From an uncultured Dehalococcoidia bacterium (GTDB lineage: Bacteria; Chloroflexota; Dehalococcoidia; Lucifugimonadales; CAUZEB01), in NCBI GenBank assembly GCA_964431885.1, contig CAYSLK010000138.1, positions 1 to 59,011 of the forward strand: a stretch of DNA of 59,011 bases, in the 5' to 3' direction. The notes beneath the pieces are model-generated. The model made no database searches. It was given only the letters and a program-made list of their open reading frames with translations, and had not been told where the DNA came from. Numbering within the stretch: the first letter of the stretch is position 1; the number at the start of each line of letters is the position of its first letter. Made by a program: the position numbers and the translations under genes. Positions 38,207-46,686 of this stretch are shown in pieces.

Positions 38207-38455
38207 ATGGAAGATACAGGAGTTCAAGTTTATAGCTCCAACGGCTGAGGTCCCTGCCAAATGGTGAAGGTGTACCTTTCACGAAAGGGAATTCCATTTG
38301 AGGAATTTAATGTGTCATTAGACAGAGAAGCATTGACACGGCTGGTTAAAATGGGTTACAGAACGACACCCGTTGCGATTATTGGTAACGAGAAGGTAGT
38401 TGGATATAGCCCTTCCAAACTCGATTCTGCATTGAATACCGCCGGGCTGAGTTGA
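38207..38455 (+). CDS. NrdH/glutaredoxin-like redoxin, predicted selenoprotein (Sec at TGA 38246-38248; active site U-G-P-C)
   Basis: ATG 38207 (RBS AAGGA about 8 nt upstream) gives MEDTGVQVYSSNG-U-GPCQMVKVYLSRKGIPFEEFNV..TPVAIIGNEKVVGYSPSKL. It is collinear with NrdH/Grx (IYT..DCVQC...L...G..FE..NV...LPVV....GF.P), with the TGA at the first Cys of CxxC. The ORF track only reports the part after the TGA (38261..38455). Confidence 0.8.
38264..38282 (+). promoter_or_regulatory. SECIS-like stem-loop for TGA 38246
   Basis: Stem GUGAAGG/CC(U)UUCAC (7 bp, one bulged U) with loop UGUA. 22 nt separate the UGA from the loop, and G is the second loop base. Confidence 0.5.
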
Positions 38456-38544
38456 GATTCTAATATCTGAGCAATACTTCTGGCCTATTCGCAATAATTA
38501 CACAGACGTATACGACAATTTAATCTAATATGAACCGATGTCTA

Positions 38545-38574
38545 TTGACCAAACATCTGGTCACGGTCTAGAAT
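38545..38574 (+). promoter_or_regulatory. candidate promoter for tRNA-Asp
   Basis: TTGACC (38545-38550), an 18 nt spacer, then TAGAAT (38569-38574), ending about 35 nt before the tRNA 5' end. This is pattern match only. Confidence 0.25.
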
Positions 38575-38608
38575 TCATCGAAGGCATTGACTGACAGTTT
38601 AGAAACGG

Positions 38609-38683
38609 GGCCCCGTGGTGTAGTGGTTTTAACACACTGCCCTGTCAAGGCAGAGATCGCCGGTTCGAATCCGGTCGGGGTCG
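38609..38683 (+). tRNA. tRNA-Asp (anticodon GTC)
   Basis: Hand-folded cloverleaf. Acceptor GGCCCCG/CGGGGTC (one G-U pair), D stem GTGT/ACAC, anticodon stem CTGCC/GGCAG with loop CTGTCAA, T arm GCCGG-TTCGAAT-CCGGT. CCA is not encoded. Confidence 0.9.
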
Positions 38684-38771
38684 CTTCTCAATTTAAACAA
38701 AATAGATAGCGCCTAAAGCACGAGCATACAATAAAACAGAAAGGCCCATAGTTATCAATGGAGGTGTATTG

Positions 38772-40142
38772 ATGAAGGTATCAGATAATGAATTGAAGCG
38801 CGATGAACTTTTCGGATGTGACACCATGGTCTCTCTCCCATCTTCCTCTGCCGATGGGCAAACTCTATTCGCTAAAAATAGTGACAGACAATCTGAAGAA
38901 TGCCAACCATTAACCCAAACGCAAAGAATTACACATAATGACGGAGAAACCGTGAATTGCGACTTCACAACTATCCCGCAGGTTGACGTTACATATAGCC
39001 ATGTAGGTTCACGCCCATATTGGTGCTGGGGATATGAACACGGTTTCAACGAACATCAGGTCGTGATAGGAAACGAAGCCGTAAGATCAAGGCTACCTAT
39101 GGGCAAGGAACCAAGGCTGAACGGAATGGATTTGGTCCGACTTGGCTTGGAGAGAGGTAAAACTGCTGCTGAATCTGTCAATGTGATTACAGGTTTAATT
39201 ACAAAACACGGTCAAGGTCGATTCGTTGGAAATTCCGAATATAGTGATTATGACAATGGTTTTATAGTAGCCGATCCTAACGAAGCCTATATAATAGAAT
39301 CAGCCGGCCACGAATGGGCTGTAAAGACCGTAAATAATGCTATAGGAATAAGTAACACACATTCTATAGGCACAGACTGGACGAGCTTATCGAATACAGC
39401 CGAGAAAACTGCTGTAAATAACGGTTGGTTTGAACCTAACGGAGAACGCTTTAATTTCAGAGATTCCTATATAGACTTTGACGGCACCTTTTCCGGAAGT
39501 GGACCCAACCGGAGGTCGCGATTGTGTTCCTTCCTAGACGGTCTTAAGGATACAGTTGAATTACAAGATATGATGAAGTTAGTTAGGGACCACTCAGACG
39601 GCAGCAATCCTGGCGAGCCTCACCGATCAACCATGCCCTCTGAAGGGTCAGTCTGCATGCACCGCACCCCCAACACCAAGGGTAATACTGCTGCTACACT
39701 GATAGCGCATTTATGCGATGACGGTTCTAGACTTCCAATATATTGGTGCAGCTTCTATTCTCCATGTTTAGGGATTTTTCTACCCACGTTTTCTGAAGGT
39801 GCGATTCCAAGCATTCTAAGCATAGGCGATAAAGAAACGGATGATAGAAGTCCCTGGTGGCTATTCCGTCAATTAGAAAAGAAGACCAGAAAAGAAATGG
39901 AGTTCGACGAAGACAAAGTTGCATTGATTCGAAACACTTGGGCACCTATTCAGGATTCACTAATCGAAAGTTCATATTTAATAGCTGCGGAGGCAAACAC
40001 ACTAATAAAAGTAGGCAAATCCAATGAGGCATATAGTCTTTTAAATGACTACATGACTGACAATGCTAATGTAGTTCTTTCAGAAATACGAAAATTACTT
40101 TCAATTATAAATGCTGTTCCAATTACTGCGGATAACTATTAA
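38772..40142 (+). CDS. peptidase C69 / secernin-like Ntn-hydrolase
   Basis: An N-terminal nucleophile context GCDTMVSLPSSSADGQTLFAKNSDR. ATG 38772 lies 7 nt after GGAGG. Confidence 0.8.
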   Translation: MKVSDNELKRDELFGCDTMVSLPSSSADGQTLFAKNSDRQSEECQPLTQTQRITHNDGETVNCDFTTIPQVDVTYSHVGSRPYWCWGYEHGFNEHQVVIGNEAVRSRLPMGKEPRLNGMDLVRLGLERGKTAAESVNVITGLITKHGQGRFVGNSEYSDYDNGFIVADPNEAYIIESAGHEWAVKTVNNAIGISNTHSIGTDWTSLSNTAEKTAVNNGWFEPNGERFNFRDSYIDFDGTFSGSGPNRRSRLCSFLDGLKDTVELQDMMKLVRDHSDGSNPGEPHRSTMPSEGSVCMHRTPNTKGNTAATLIAHLCDDGSRLPIYWCSFYSPCLGIFLPTFSEGAIPSILSIGDKETDDRSPWWLFRQLEKKTRKEMEFDEDKVALIRNTWAPIQDSLIESSYLIAAEANTLIKVGKSNEAYSLLNDYMTDNANVVLSEIRKLLSIINAVPITADNY

Positions 40143-40434
40143 GTTGAATTAGAAGATTCTCTATCGCTGTGGGCTTGTAAAACTTAAGGCCGTCTAATCA
40201 AAGTGTTTTGCAGATGCCATTTGCCTTTCTGCCCACTATTATTCGTCACTATCGCCGTTTACAATAAACCCTTCATTTTCATGCACAACTATAATTTATA
40301 CCTGGACTACAATATTAACACAAGTGTAATGGTATACTGGTTTAATAATATAACATCGTATATTCCCTATCTACAGTACATTTATATATCAGGTCATGAT
40401 CCTAATAAACTAATCGCACATACAGGGCATTCGT

Positions 40435-42180
40435 ATGGAATCTAAAGTATCAGAAGCAAAATTCTTCAAAGTAGTTCTAGAACAAGACTTAAAGGTAGTA
40501 ATGCGAGACGGTACCATCCTGCGGGCAGATGTTTATCGTCCAGACAGCCCAGACAAGTTCCCTGTCCTACTGCAAAGAACTCCATACGACAAGTCTAGGC
40601 CAACCTCTATTGAAATGACTCAGTTACTCGCCGAGCGTGGCTATATATCCATAATACAAGATGTAAGAGGGCGATATGCCTCTGAAGGTGATTTTCACCC
40701 AGGTTTCTATTCTGGGAAACATTACGATGCCGAAGACGGTTATGACACGGTGGAATGGGCAGCAAGACTCCCATGGTCAACAGGTAAGGTAGGCACAGTA
40801 GGTAACTCCTATTGTGGATGGACTCAGTGGGAATTAGCTCATACACGTCCACCTCATTTATTTGCAATGCTTCCTCAAGGATGCGTTGCAAACCTATTAG
40901 ACCGAGAGTTAAGCGCCGTGCCACGACTTGGAAGGATACTATCTTGGACTATAGGACTATCCACAGACCAAAGGCGTCGTGATGAAGAAATATGGGGTCC
41001 GAAGTGCCAAGATGAGGCAGATCTTTTATGGATGAAACACGAGAGATCTAAATGGTTGTGGTTTCTACCGATTCAAGATATTCCTGAGAGCTCAATATAC
41101 GGCATGTCTCAACAATGGAAACTCTGGCTCAACAGCCATACAGAAGATAATTTTAGTTTCGAGAGTAAGCATCATCTCATTGATGTGCCAGTTCTTAATA
41201 CAACCGGCTGGTATGATCAACAAATTTGGACAACCAAACAATTCACTGGTATGTCATCTAACGGTATGACGAAGCATGCTAGAAATAACCAACATATCAT
41301 GATAGGCCCTTGGACACATACTGCTGTTAACTGGGATAGAAAGGTTGGAGACATTGATTTCGGTACTCAAGCTGAGTTAAGTTACTACGATATTGCTGAC
41401 GAATGGTTTTCATATTGGTTGAAGGGAGAAAATAACGCGGTAGCAGACTGGTCACCGGTGCAAATATTTGTCATGGGTGCCAACCAGTGGAGATCAGAAA
41501 TGGAATGGCCTTTGAAAAGAACAGTATACACTGATTTTTTCATCCATAGTGGTGGTAACGCTAACACAGCGAAAGGTGACGGTACACTGTCCAAAACGTT
41601 TCCTTCCGAAGAAATTCCAGATTCCTTTACCTATGATCCAAGAGATCCATTAATGACCCTTTACTCTCCTGCCGGGCAACAGGAGCCTCAAGATCAGAAA
41701 GTGTTTGATGGCAGACAAGACGTCTTGATGTATATCTCAAAGCCACTAATTAATGAGATGGAGGTAACAGGTGTACCAGAGGTTCAACTATACGCAGCTT
41801 CCTCGGCCACTGATACCGATTTTGTAGCCAAGTTATTAGATGTTTGGCCGGATGGTTTTACTCAGGAAATATGTCACGGAATACTTCGGGCTAGATACCG
41901 TGAATCATACACAGATCCTACATTAATTGAACCTGGCAAAATATACGAATATACTATCAGATTAAACCCAACTAGCAACTTGTTTAAAGAAGGACATCAG
42001 ATTAGACTTGATATTACCAGTAGTGATTTCCCGAACTTCGATCGAAATCACAACACGGGAGGCGATGACTCTACGGAAACCACATTGATTTCAGCTGACC
42101 AAACTGTATTTCATGACACAGTCCGACCTTCTAAAATCATACTCCCTGTTATACCAAAAAGAAATGCTAAGGTGACCTAG
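40435..42180 (+). CDS. CocE/NonD-family hydrolase (X-Pro dipeptidyl-peptidase S15 family)
   Basis: MRDGTILRADVYRP...FPVLLQRTPYDK, the GNSYCG nucleophile motif, and a C-terminal jelly-roll domain (FHD..RPS.I.LPV). Confidence 0.9.
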   Translation: MESKVSEAKFFKVVLEQDLKVVMRDGTILRADVYRPDSPDKFPVLLQRTPYDKSRPTSIEMTQLLAERGYISIIQDVRGRYASEGDFHPGFYSGKHYDAEDGYDTVEWAARLPWSTGKVGTVGNSYCGWTQWELAHTRPPHLFAMLPQGCVANLLDRELSAVPRLGRILSWTIGLSTDQRRRDEEIWGPKCQDEADLLWMKHERSKWLWFLPIQDIPESSIYGMSQQWKLWLNSHTEDNFSFESKHHLIDVPVLNTTGWYDQQIWTTKQFTGMSSNGMTKHARNNQHIMIGPWTHTAVNWDRKVGDIDFGTQAELSYYDIADEWFSYWLKGENNAVADWSPVQIFVMGANQWRSEMEWPLKRTVYTDFFIHSGGNANTAKGDGTLSKTFPSEEIPDSFTYDPRDPLMTLYSPAGQQEPQDQKVFDGRQDVLMYISKPLINEMEVTGVPEVQLYAASSATDTDFVAKLLDVWPDGFTQEICHGILRARYRESYTDPTLIEPGKIYEYTIRLNPTSNLFKEGHQIRLDITSSDFPNFDRNHNTGGDDSTETTLISADQTVFHDTVRPSKIILPVIPKRNAKVT

Positions 42181-43378
42181 ATATTTTATGCCAATAACTC
42201 TCACTAGCTTCGCCCCAGGGATGTTCCTTGGCAACTTCTTCATTTAAATCGGTCCCCCATCCCACTCCTGATGGAATAGTCATATATCCTTCTTTTATTA
42301 AGGGTTGGTTTGTGACTAAATCATCCTTCCAGCTTACGTCATCTACGTCTGTTTCCATGATACGAACATTTGGCAAAACTCCACACAGACTTGCAGCTAT
42401 AAAAGTGGAGAGATGACTGTAATAATTGTGAGGAGCAACATTAAGTTGATAAACTTCAGCTAAATCACCTATTTTCTTCGACTGACTAAATCCATTCCAA
42501 GGTACGTCCACCATAAAGACATCTGCAGAATGCCGTTCAAAATAGGGGATATATTCCCTCATATAATACAGATTTTCCCCTGTACATATCTTAGTAGATG
42601 TAGACTGCTTGATTTGAAGAATAGCTTCAGGATCATACATGTCAACTTCCAACCACAGTAAATCAAATTGCTCCAAAACTTTGGCTATACGTATTGCACC
42701 CTCAGTCTTGAAATTGAAATTCAAATCAAGATTGATATCAATATCGGGTCCAACAGATTCTCTAAATGTGCCTATGAGATCTTCAATTTGGCCTAACAAT
42801 TGAGTTGTTACTATTTGATCCGTTGTACCCAGTCCACCCCCAAATCCCGCAAATAATGCCGTGCTAGGAACTCCAGGTAAAATAATATTAGTTTTTAATG
42901 CTGTATACCCCTTAGATTTTACTTCCTTACCCAATAATTTAATGTCATTTAGGGTCTCTATAGGCGCAGTGTTTAGGATGTCATGGTGACGAACTCGATA
43001 GGTACCACAATGAGACCAATAGAGTCGAACATCTTCTCGTGTTGGTCCTCCAAAAAGTTCTACGACCGATATTTTTAAGGCTTTGGCTTTAATATCTAGT
43101 AAAGCCAACTCTATACCCGCAATTGCCTTTGCTGCTATGCCGCCAGGGCTTTGTCTAGTACCTCTCAGCATATCCCAAAATCGCATTTCAAAAGGTCGGA
43201 CATCCTTCCCTATAAGCAAAGGTTTCAGATCTTGAATAGTTCCCACAATACCATGTGGGTTCCTACCATCACTACATTCACCATAACCAGTAACGCCTTC
43301 ATCTGTCTCAATCTTAACAAAGATCCAAGGACGCCATCCGGCATCAACTAATAAACTTTCGATATTAATGATTTTCAT
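42167..43378 (-). CDS. enolase-superfamily enzyme (mandelate racemase / acid-sugar dehydratase subgroup)
   Basis: MKIINIE...IFVKIETDEGVTGYGE N-terminal capping domain and barrel-domain motifs. ATG 43378 follows AGGAG; the ORF-track start 43414 is probably too long. Confidence 0.9.
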   Translation of the reverse strand: MKIINIESLLVDAGWRPWIFVKIETDEGVTGYGECSDGRNPHGIVGTIQDLKPLLIGKDVRPFEMRFWDMLRGTRQSPGGIAAKAIAGIELALLDIKAKALKISVVELFGGPTREDVRLYWSHCGTYRVRHHDILNTAPIETLNDIKLLGKEVKSKGYTALKTNIILPGVPSTALFAGFGGGLGTTDQIVTTQLLGQIEDLIGTFRESVGPDIDINLDLNFNFKTEGAIRIAKVLEQFDLLWLEVDMYDPEAILQIKQSTSTKICTGENLYYMREYIPYFERHSADVFMVDVPWNGFSQSKKIGDLAEVYQLNVAPHNYYSHLSTFIAASLCGVLPNVRIMETDVDDVSWKDDLVTNQPLIKEGYMTIPSGVGWGTDLNEEVAKEHPWGEASESYWHKISRSP

Positions 43379-43596
43379 CTCTCTCCTCGCTGACTCTGAT
43401 CCATATATATACAAATGCTACCATATGAATATTCTATAAGTCAGTTTATATTGATCCCCAAAAAGCTAATCTCCCTACTTGAATCCAAGAAACCTACCGA
43501 TGGTGATCTTCTCCTTGACACATAACGATTTGATCCCTAGGATAATTCTATTGCCTACGATACTTACCATTATTATTTGTAAGGAGACCTCCCACA

Positions 43597-45021
43597 ATGG
43601 ACGAAACTTTAGTATTCCTACCTGCTACCGAATTATTAGAATTGATTGCTTCCAAACAGATATCGCCCGTGGAACTAACCAAACTTTATTTCAGACGTAT
43701 AGAACGCATAGACCCGCAATTAAATTCTTACCTTATTACAATGGAAGATGAGGCATTAAAGACGGCTGTAACTGCTGAACAAACCATCATGAAGGGTGAA
43801 GAATTAGGTGCATTACATGGCCTGCCAATTTCTATTAAAGACACGCAAATGACCAAAGGAGTAAGAACAACGACAGGCTCGCTTGTTTTCCAAGATCGAA
43901 TTCCTGACAAAGATTCAGCCGTGGTGGAACGAGTTAGGAAAGCCGGAGCAATATTACTTGGTAAAACAAATACTCCCGAGTTTGGGTTGGTAGGCACATG
44001 TGCAAACAATTTGGGAGATCACGGTCGTAATCCGTGGAACACTGAGTATACTCCTGGAGGGTCGAGTGGTGGAGCCGCAGCAGCCATGTCTGCTTGTTTA
44101 TGTGCTTTATCAACTGGCGGAGATGGAGGAGGTTCAATACGTATTCCCGCAAGTTTCTGTGGTATCTACGGCATAAAGCCAACTCAAGGCAGAGTATCCG
44201 GCTACACAGGAATCCAAACACCACCTATTCTTAATATATTTGGCCAACAGGGACCGCTAAGTCGGACCGTTAAAGACTCCGCTCTTCTTTTACAAGTTAT
44301 GGCTGGGTACGACCCTAGAGATCCCTCATCATTGCGTGAGGCTACACCCGATTTTCTCGCAGCTGTTGATCAAGACATACGCGGATTACGGGTAGCGTGG
44401 AGTCCGGATTATGGCTTCGCGAATGTAGATCAGGAAGTAAATGAAGTAACCCAGACAGCAGCAAAGGCATTCGAAGATCTAGGGTGCCATATTGAAACCA
44501 TAGACTTGAGATTAGAATCGCCGTACGACGCATATGGACCTATCTATGAAACTGCCGCATACGCATCCTACGGTCAATACATAAAATCGCATGGTGAACA
44601 ACTGACTGAATTCTCCAGATTTTTTATAGAAGCTGGATCGAAAATCTCCGGCGCCGACTATGCTAGAGCCCTTGGTCTGATAGATAGACTTAGATCGCAA
44701 ATGGACGATGTATTCACCGAGTATGATCTACTACTGTCACCCACCCTATCCGTACCCGGTGTTCGGGTCGGTGAATTTCCTGCAGAGATAGCCGGAAAGC
44801 CTGCTTATCCCCACCGATATTTTGGCTTTCATCCTTTCACTTATCCTATTAATGCAATAGGTCACGCAGCAGCCAGTATCCCAGCCGGCTTCTCCTCAAC
44901 AGGATTACCTATTGGTTTACATATAGTGGGAAAAAGAGGCGCCGAAACAACAGTAATAGCTGCTTCAGCCGCTTTTGAGAAGGCAAAGCCATGGATCCAC
45001 CATAACCCACCTGTGTCTTAA
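43597..45021 (+). CDS. amidase (amidase-signature family)
   Basis: [11 protein letters not shown] and [12 protein letters not shown] motifs. Confidence 0.9.
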   Translation: MDETLVFLPATELLELIASKQISPVELTKLYFRRIERIDPQLNSYLITMEDEALKTAVTAEQTIMKGEELGALHGLPISIKDTQMTKGVRTTTGSLVFQDRIPDKDSAVVERVRKAGAILLGKTNTPEFGLVGTCANNLGDHGRNPWNTEYTPGGSSGGAAAAMSACLCALSTGGDGGGSIRIPASFCGIYGIKPTQGRVSGYTGIQTPPILNIFGQQGPLSRTVKDSALLLQVMAGYDPRDPSSLREATPDFLAAVDQDIRGLRVAWSPDYGFANVDQEVNEVTQTAAKAFEDLGCHIETIDLRLESPYDAYGPIYETAAYASYGQYIKSHGEQLTEFSRFFIEAGSKISGADYARALGLIDRLRSQMDDVFTEYDLLLSPTLSVPGVRVGEFPAEIAGKPAYPHRYFGFHPFTYPINAIGHAAASIPAGFSSTGLPIGLHIVGKRGAETTVIAASAAFEKAKPWIHHNPPVS

Positions 45022-45114
45022 GCTCCATTCGCTATTGAGGCTCAAGCGAGAGGGCTCTCAAGGTACTACAAAGCACGTAGCTAACCTCGTCACCCTCACT
45101 CCGGTGCCGTTAAC

Positions 45115-45480
45115 CTAATCATGAATGGTAGTGATACTATCTGCACTCTGCAGAGCTATATGAGAAAACTCGCCCTCGGAAGTGGCACCGTGCCAATGTT
45201 TCTCTCCAGCAGGGATAAAAGCAGTATCGCCCACATTGATCTCAACTTCCTCTGTCTCAGAAGCTATAATACCGGTGCCATTTGTGACGTATAACACTTG
45301 ATCACTAGTATGGCTATGAAACTTATTCCGTGCACCCTTAGCAAAGCTCACAATATTGAAATTAAAGTACCTACTATCCTTCTCACCCACAATTGGACGC
45401 CTACCCACCTTGCCTCCAAAGAATATAGGCGCTTCAGACATGTCTTCTTCAGCGTTCTGGTTTTTCTTGATAACGTTCAT
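45115..45480 (-). CDS. cupin-domain protein
   Basis: Cupin motifs (FHSHTSDQVLYV..G; GEKHWHGA). ATG 45480 lies 5 nt after AAGGAG. Confidence 0.8.
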   Translation of the reverse strand: MNVIKKNQNAEEDMSEAPIFFGGKVGRRPIVGEKDSRYFNFNIVSFAKGARNKFHSHTSDQVLYVTNGTGIIASETEEVEINVGDTAFIPAGEKHWHGATSEGEFSHIALQSADSITTIHD

Positions 45481-45603
45481 GATACTCCTTACTACAGTTA
45501 GTTCTTTTACAACATCTCGTTTGAACAGCAATAAAGCTTGAAATTCACCTTATGTTAATATATAACTTGTTATATATTCAATAGATAGAGGTATATCCTA
45601 ATA

Positions 45604-46587
45604 ATGCGAGCAGCTCGTATAAACGGACCAAAACAATTTGAAATAATAGATGTTGATATTCCGGAAATTGGGAATGAACAATGCCTGATCAAACTCGAAT
45701 GCTGGTCTGTATGCGGTAGTGATATCAGGCATTTTTATGATCCGGTTTTCCCAGAGGAACGATACCCCTTAGGTGTTGGATCGCCTTGCCATGAAGCTGC
45801 AGGTACAGTAGTTGAATCAAGATCAGATAAATTTAAGGTGGGACAACGTGTTATTGCTCTTCCTAATTTCGATGGTACAGGTGCTATGGTCGAGTACCTA
45901 TCCACTGACTCCGGTCGCATGGTAGCCGTACCAGAGGTGGGAGATCTAACAGAATGGGTTACATGCCAACCCGCTGGGACCGTAATACATGCCTGTCAGA
46001 AAGTAGGATCCCTTTTAGGGAAAGTGGTATTAATCGTCGGTCAAGGGAGCATCGGTCTCTCTTTCACAGCTATAGTTTCTAGGTCAGGAGCTAAGCAAAT
46101 TATTGCCATTGATCCTCTGGATTACCGTCTCGCATATGCCCGAAAGTTTGGAGCCACTCACACAATAAATCCCGAGAATACTAATGTGGTAGAGGCAGTT
46201 GCTGAAATAACAAAAGGATCAATGGCGGACATTTCGGTTGAAGCTACTGGCTATCCGGATGGTCTTAAATCGGCATTTAAGCTGGTTACCGATATGGGAA
46301 TTGTATTGATGTTTGGCATGCAAGGTGAGTATTCTCCTCACAGGGAATTCACTCCTGTGCAAACAAATTTACTGCACCAAAGCACACCAACGATCATACC
46401 TATCGCAGCCAGTCGTAGTGCAGATCCCATAAGTCATATAGAGGCTATGGTGGATCTAAAATCAAGAGGATGGTGGGATCCCGGTGAAATGGTAACTCAC
46501 AGATTGAATTTTAATGATGTGAAAAAAGCACATGATATGTATGAGAAAAGAGAAGATAATATCATAAAAGTAGTGATGACCTCATAA
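45604..46587 (+). CDS. zinc-type medium-chain alcohol dehydrogenase family protein
   Basis: CGSDIRH, CHEAAGTV, and the GQGSIGL Rossmann motif. Confidence 0.85.
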   Translation: MRAARINGPKQFEIIDVDIPEIGNEQCLIKLECWSVCGSDIRHFYDPVFPEERYPLGVGSPCHEAAGTVVESRSDKFKVGQRVIALPNFDGTGAMVEYLSTDSGRMVAVPEVGDLTEWVTCQPAGTVIHACQKVGSLLGKVVLIVGQGSIGLSFTAIVSRSGAKQIIAIDPLDYRLAYARKFGATHTINPENTNVVEAVAEITKGSMADISVEATGYPDGLKSAFKLVTDMGIVLMFGMQGEYSPHREFTPVQTNLLHQSTPTIIPIAASRSADPISHIEAMVDLKSRGWWDPGEMVTHRLNFNDVKKAHDMYEKREDNIIKVVMTS

Positions 46588-46686
46588 CTTCTAGTATAGT
46601 ACTCCGTTTATAATCTTGGTCTTTTTATCAACATTTTCCTTATATTTCTTTCATGGGTCCGCTAACCGACTACAATACATGACTCC

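Noticed and set aside
40203-40445. 80 aa ORF in the AT-rich spacer before the CocE/NonD gene
   Set aside because: Its composition is low-complexity and Tyr/Asn/Ile-rich, as expected from AT-rich non-coding DNA. It overlaps the start of the downstream gene. The spacer is more likely a promoter region.
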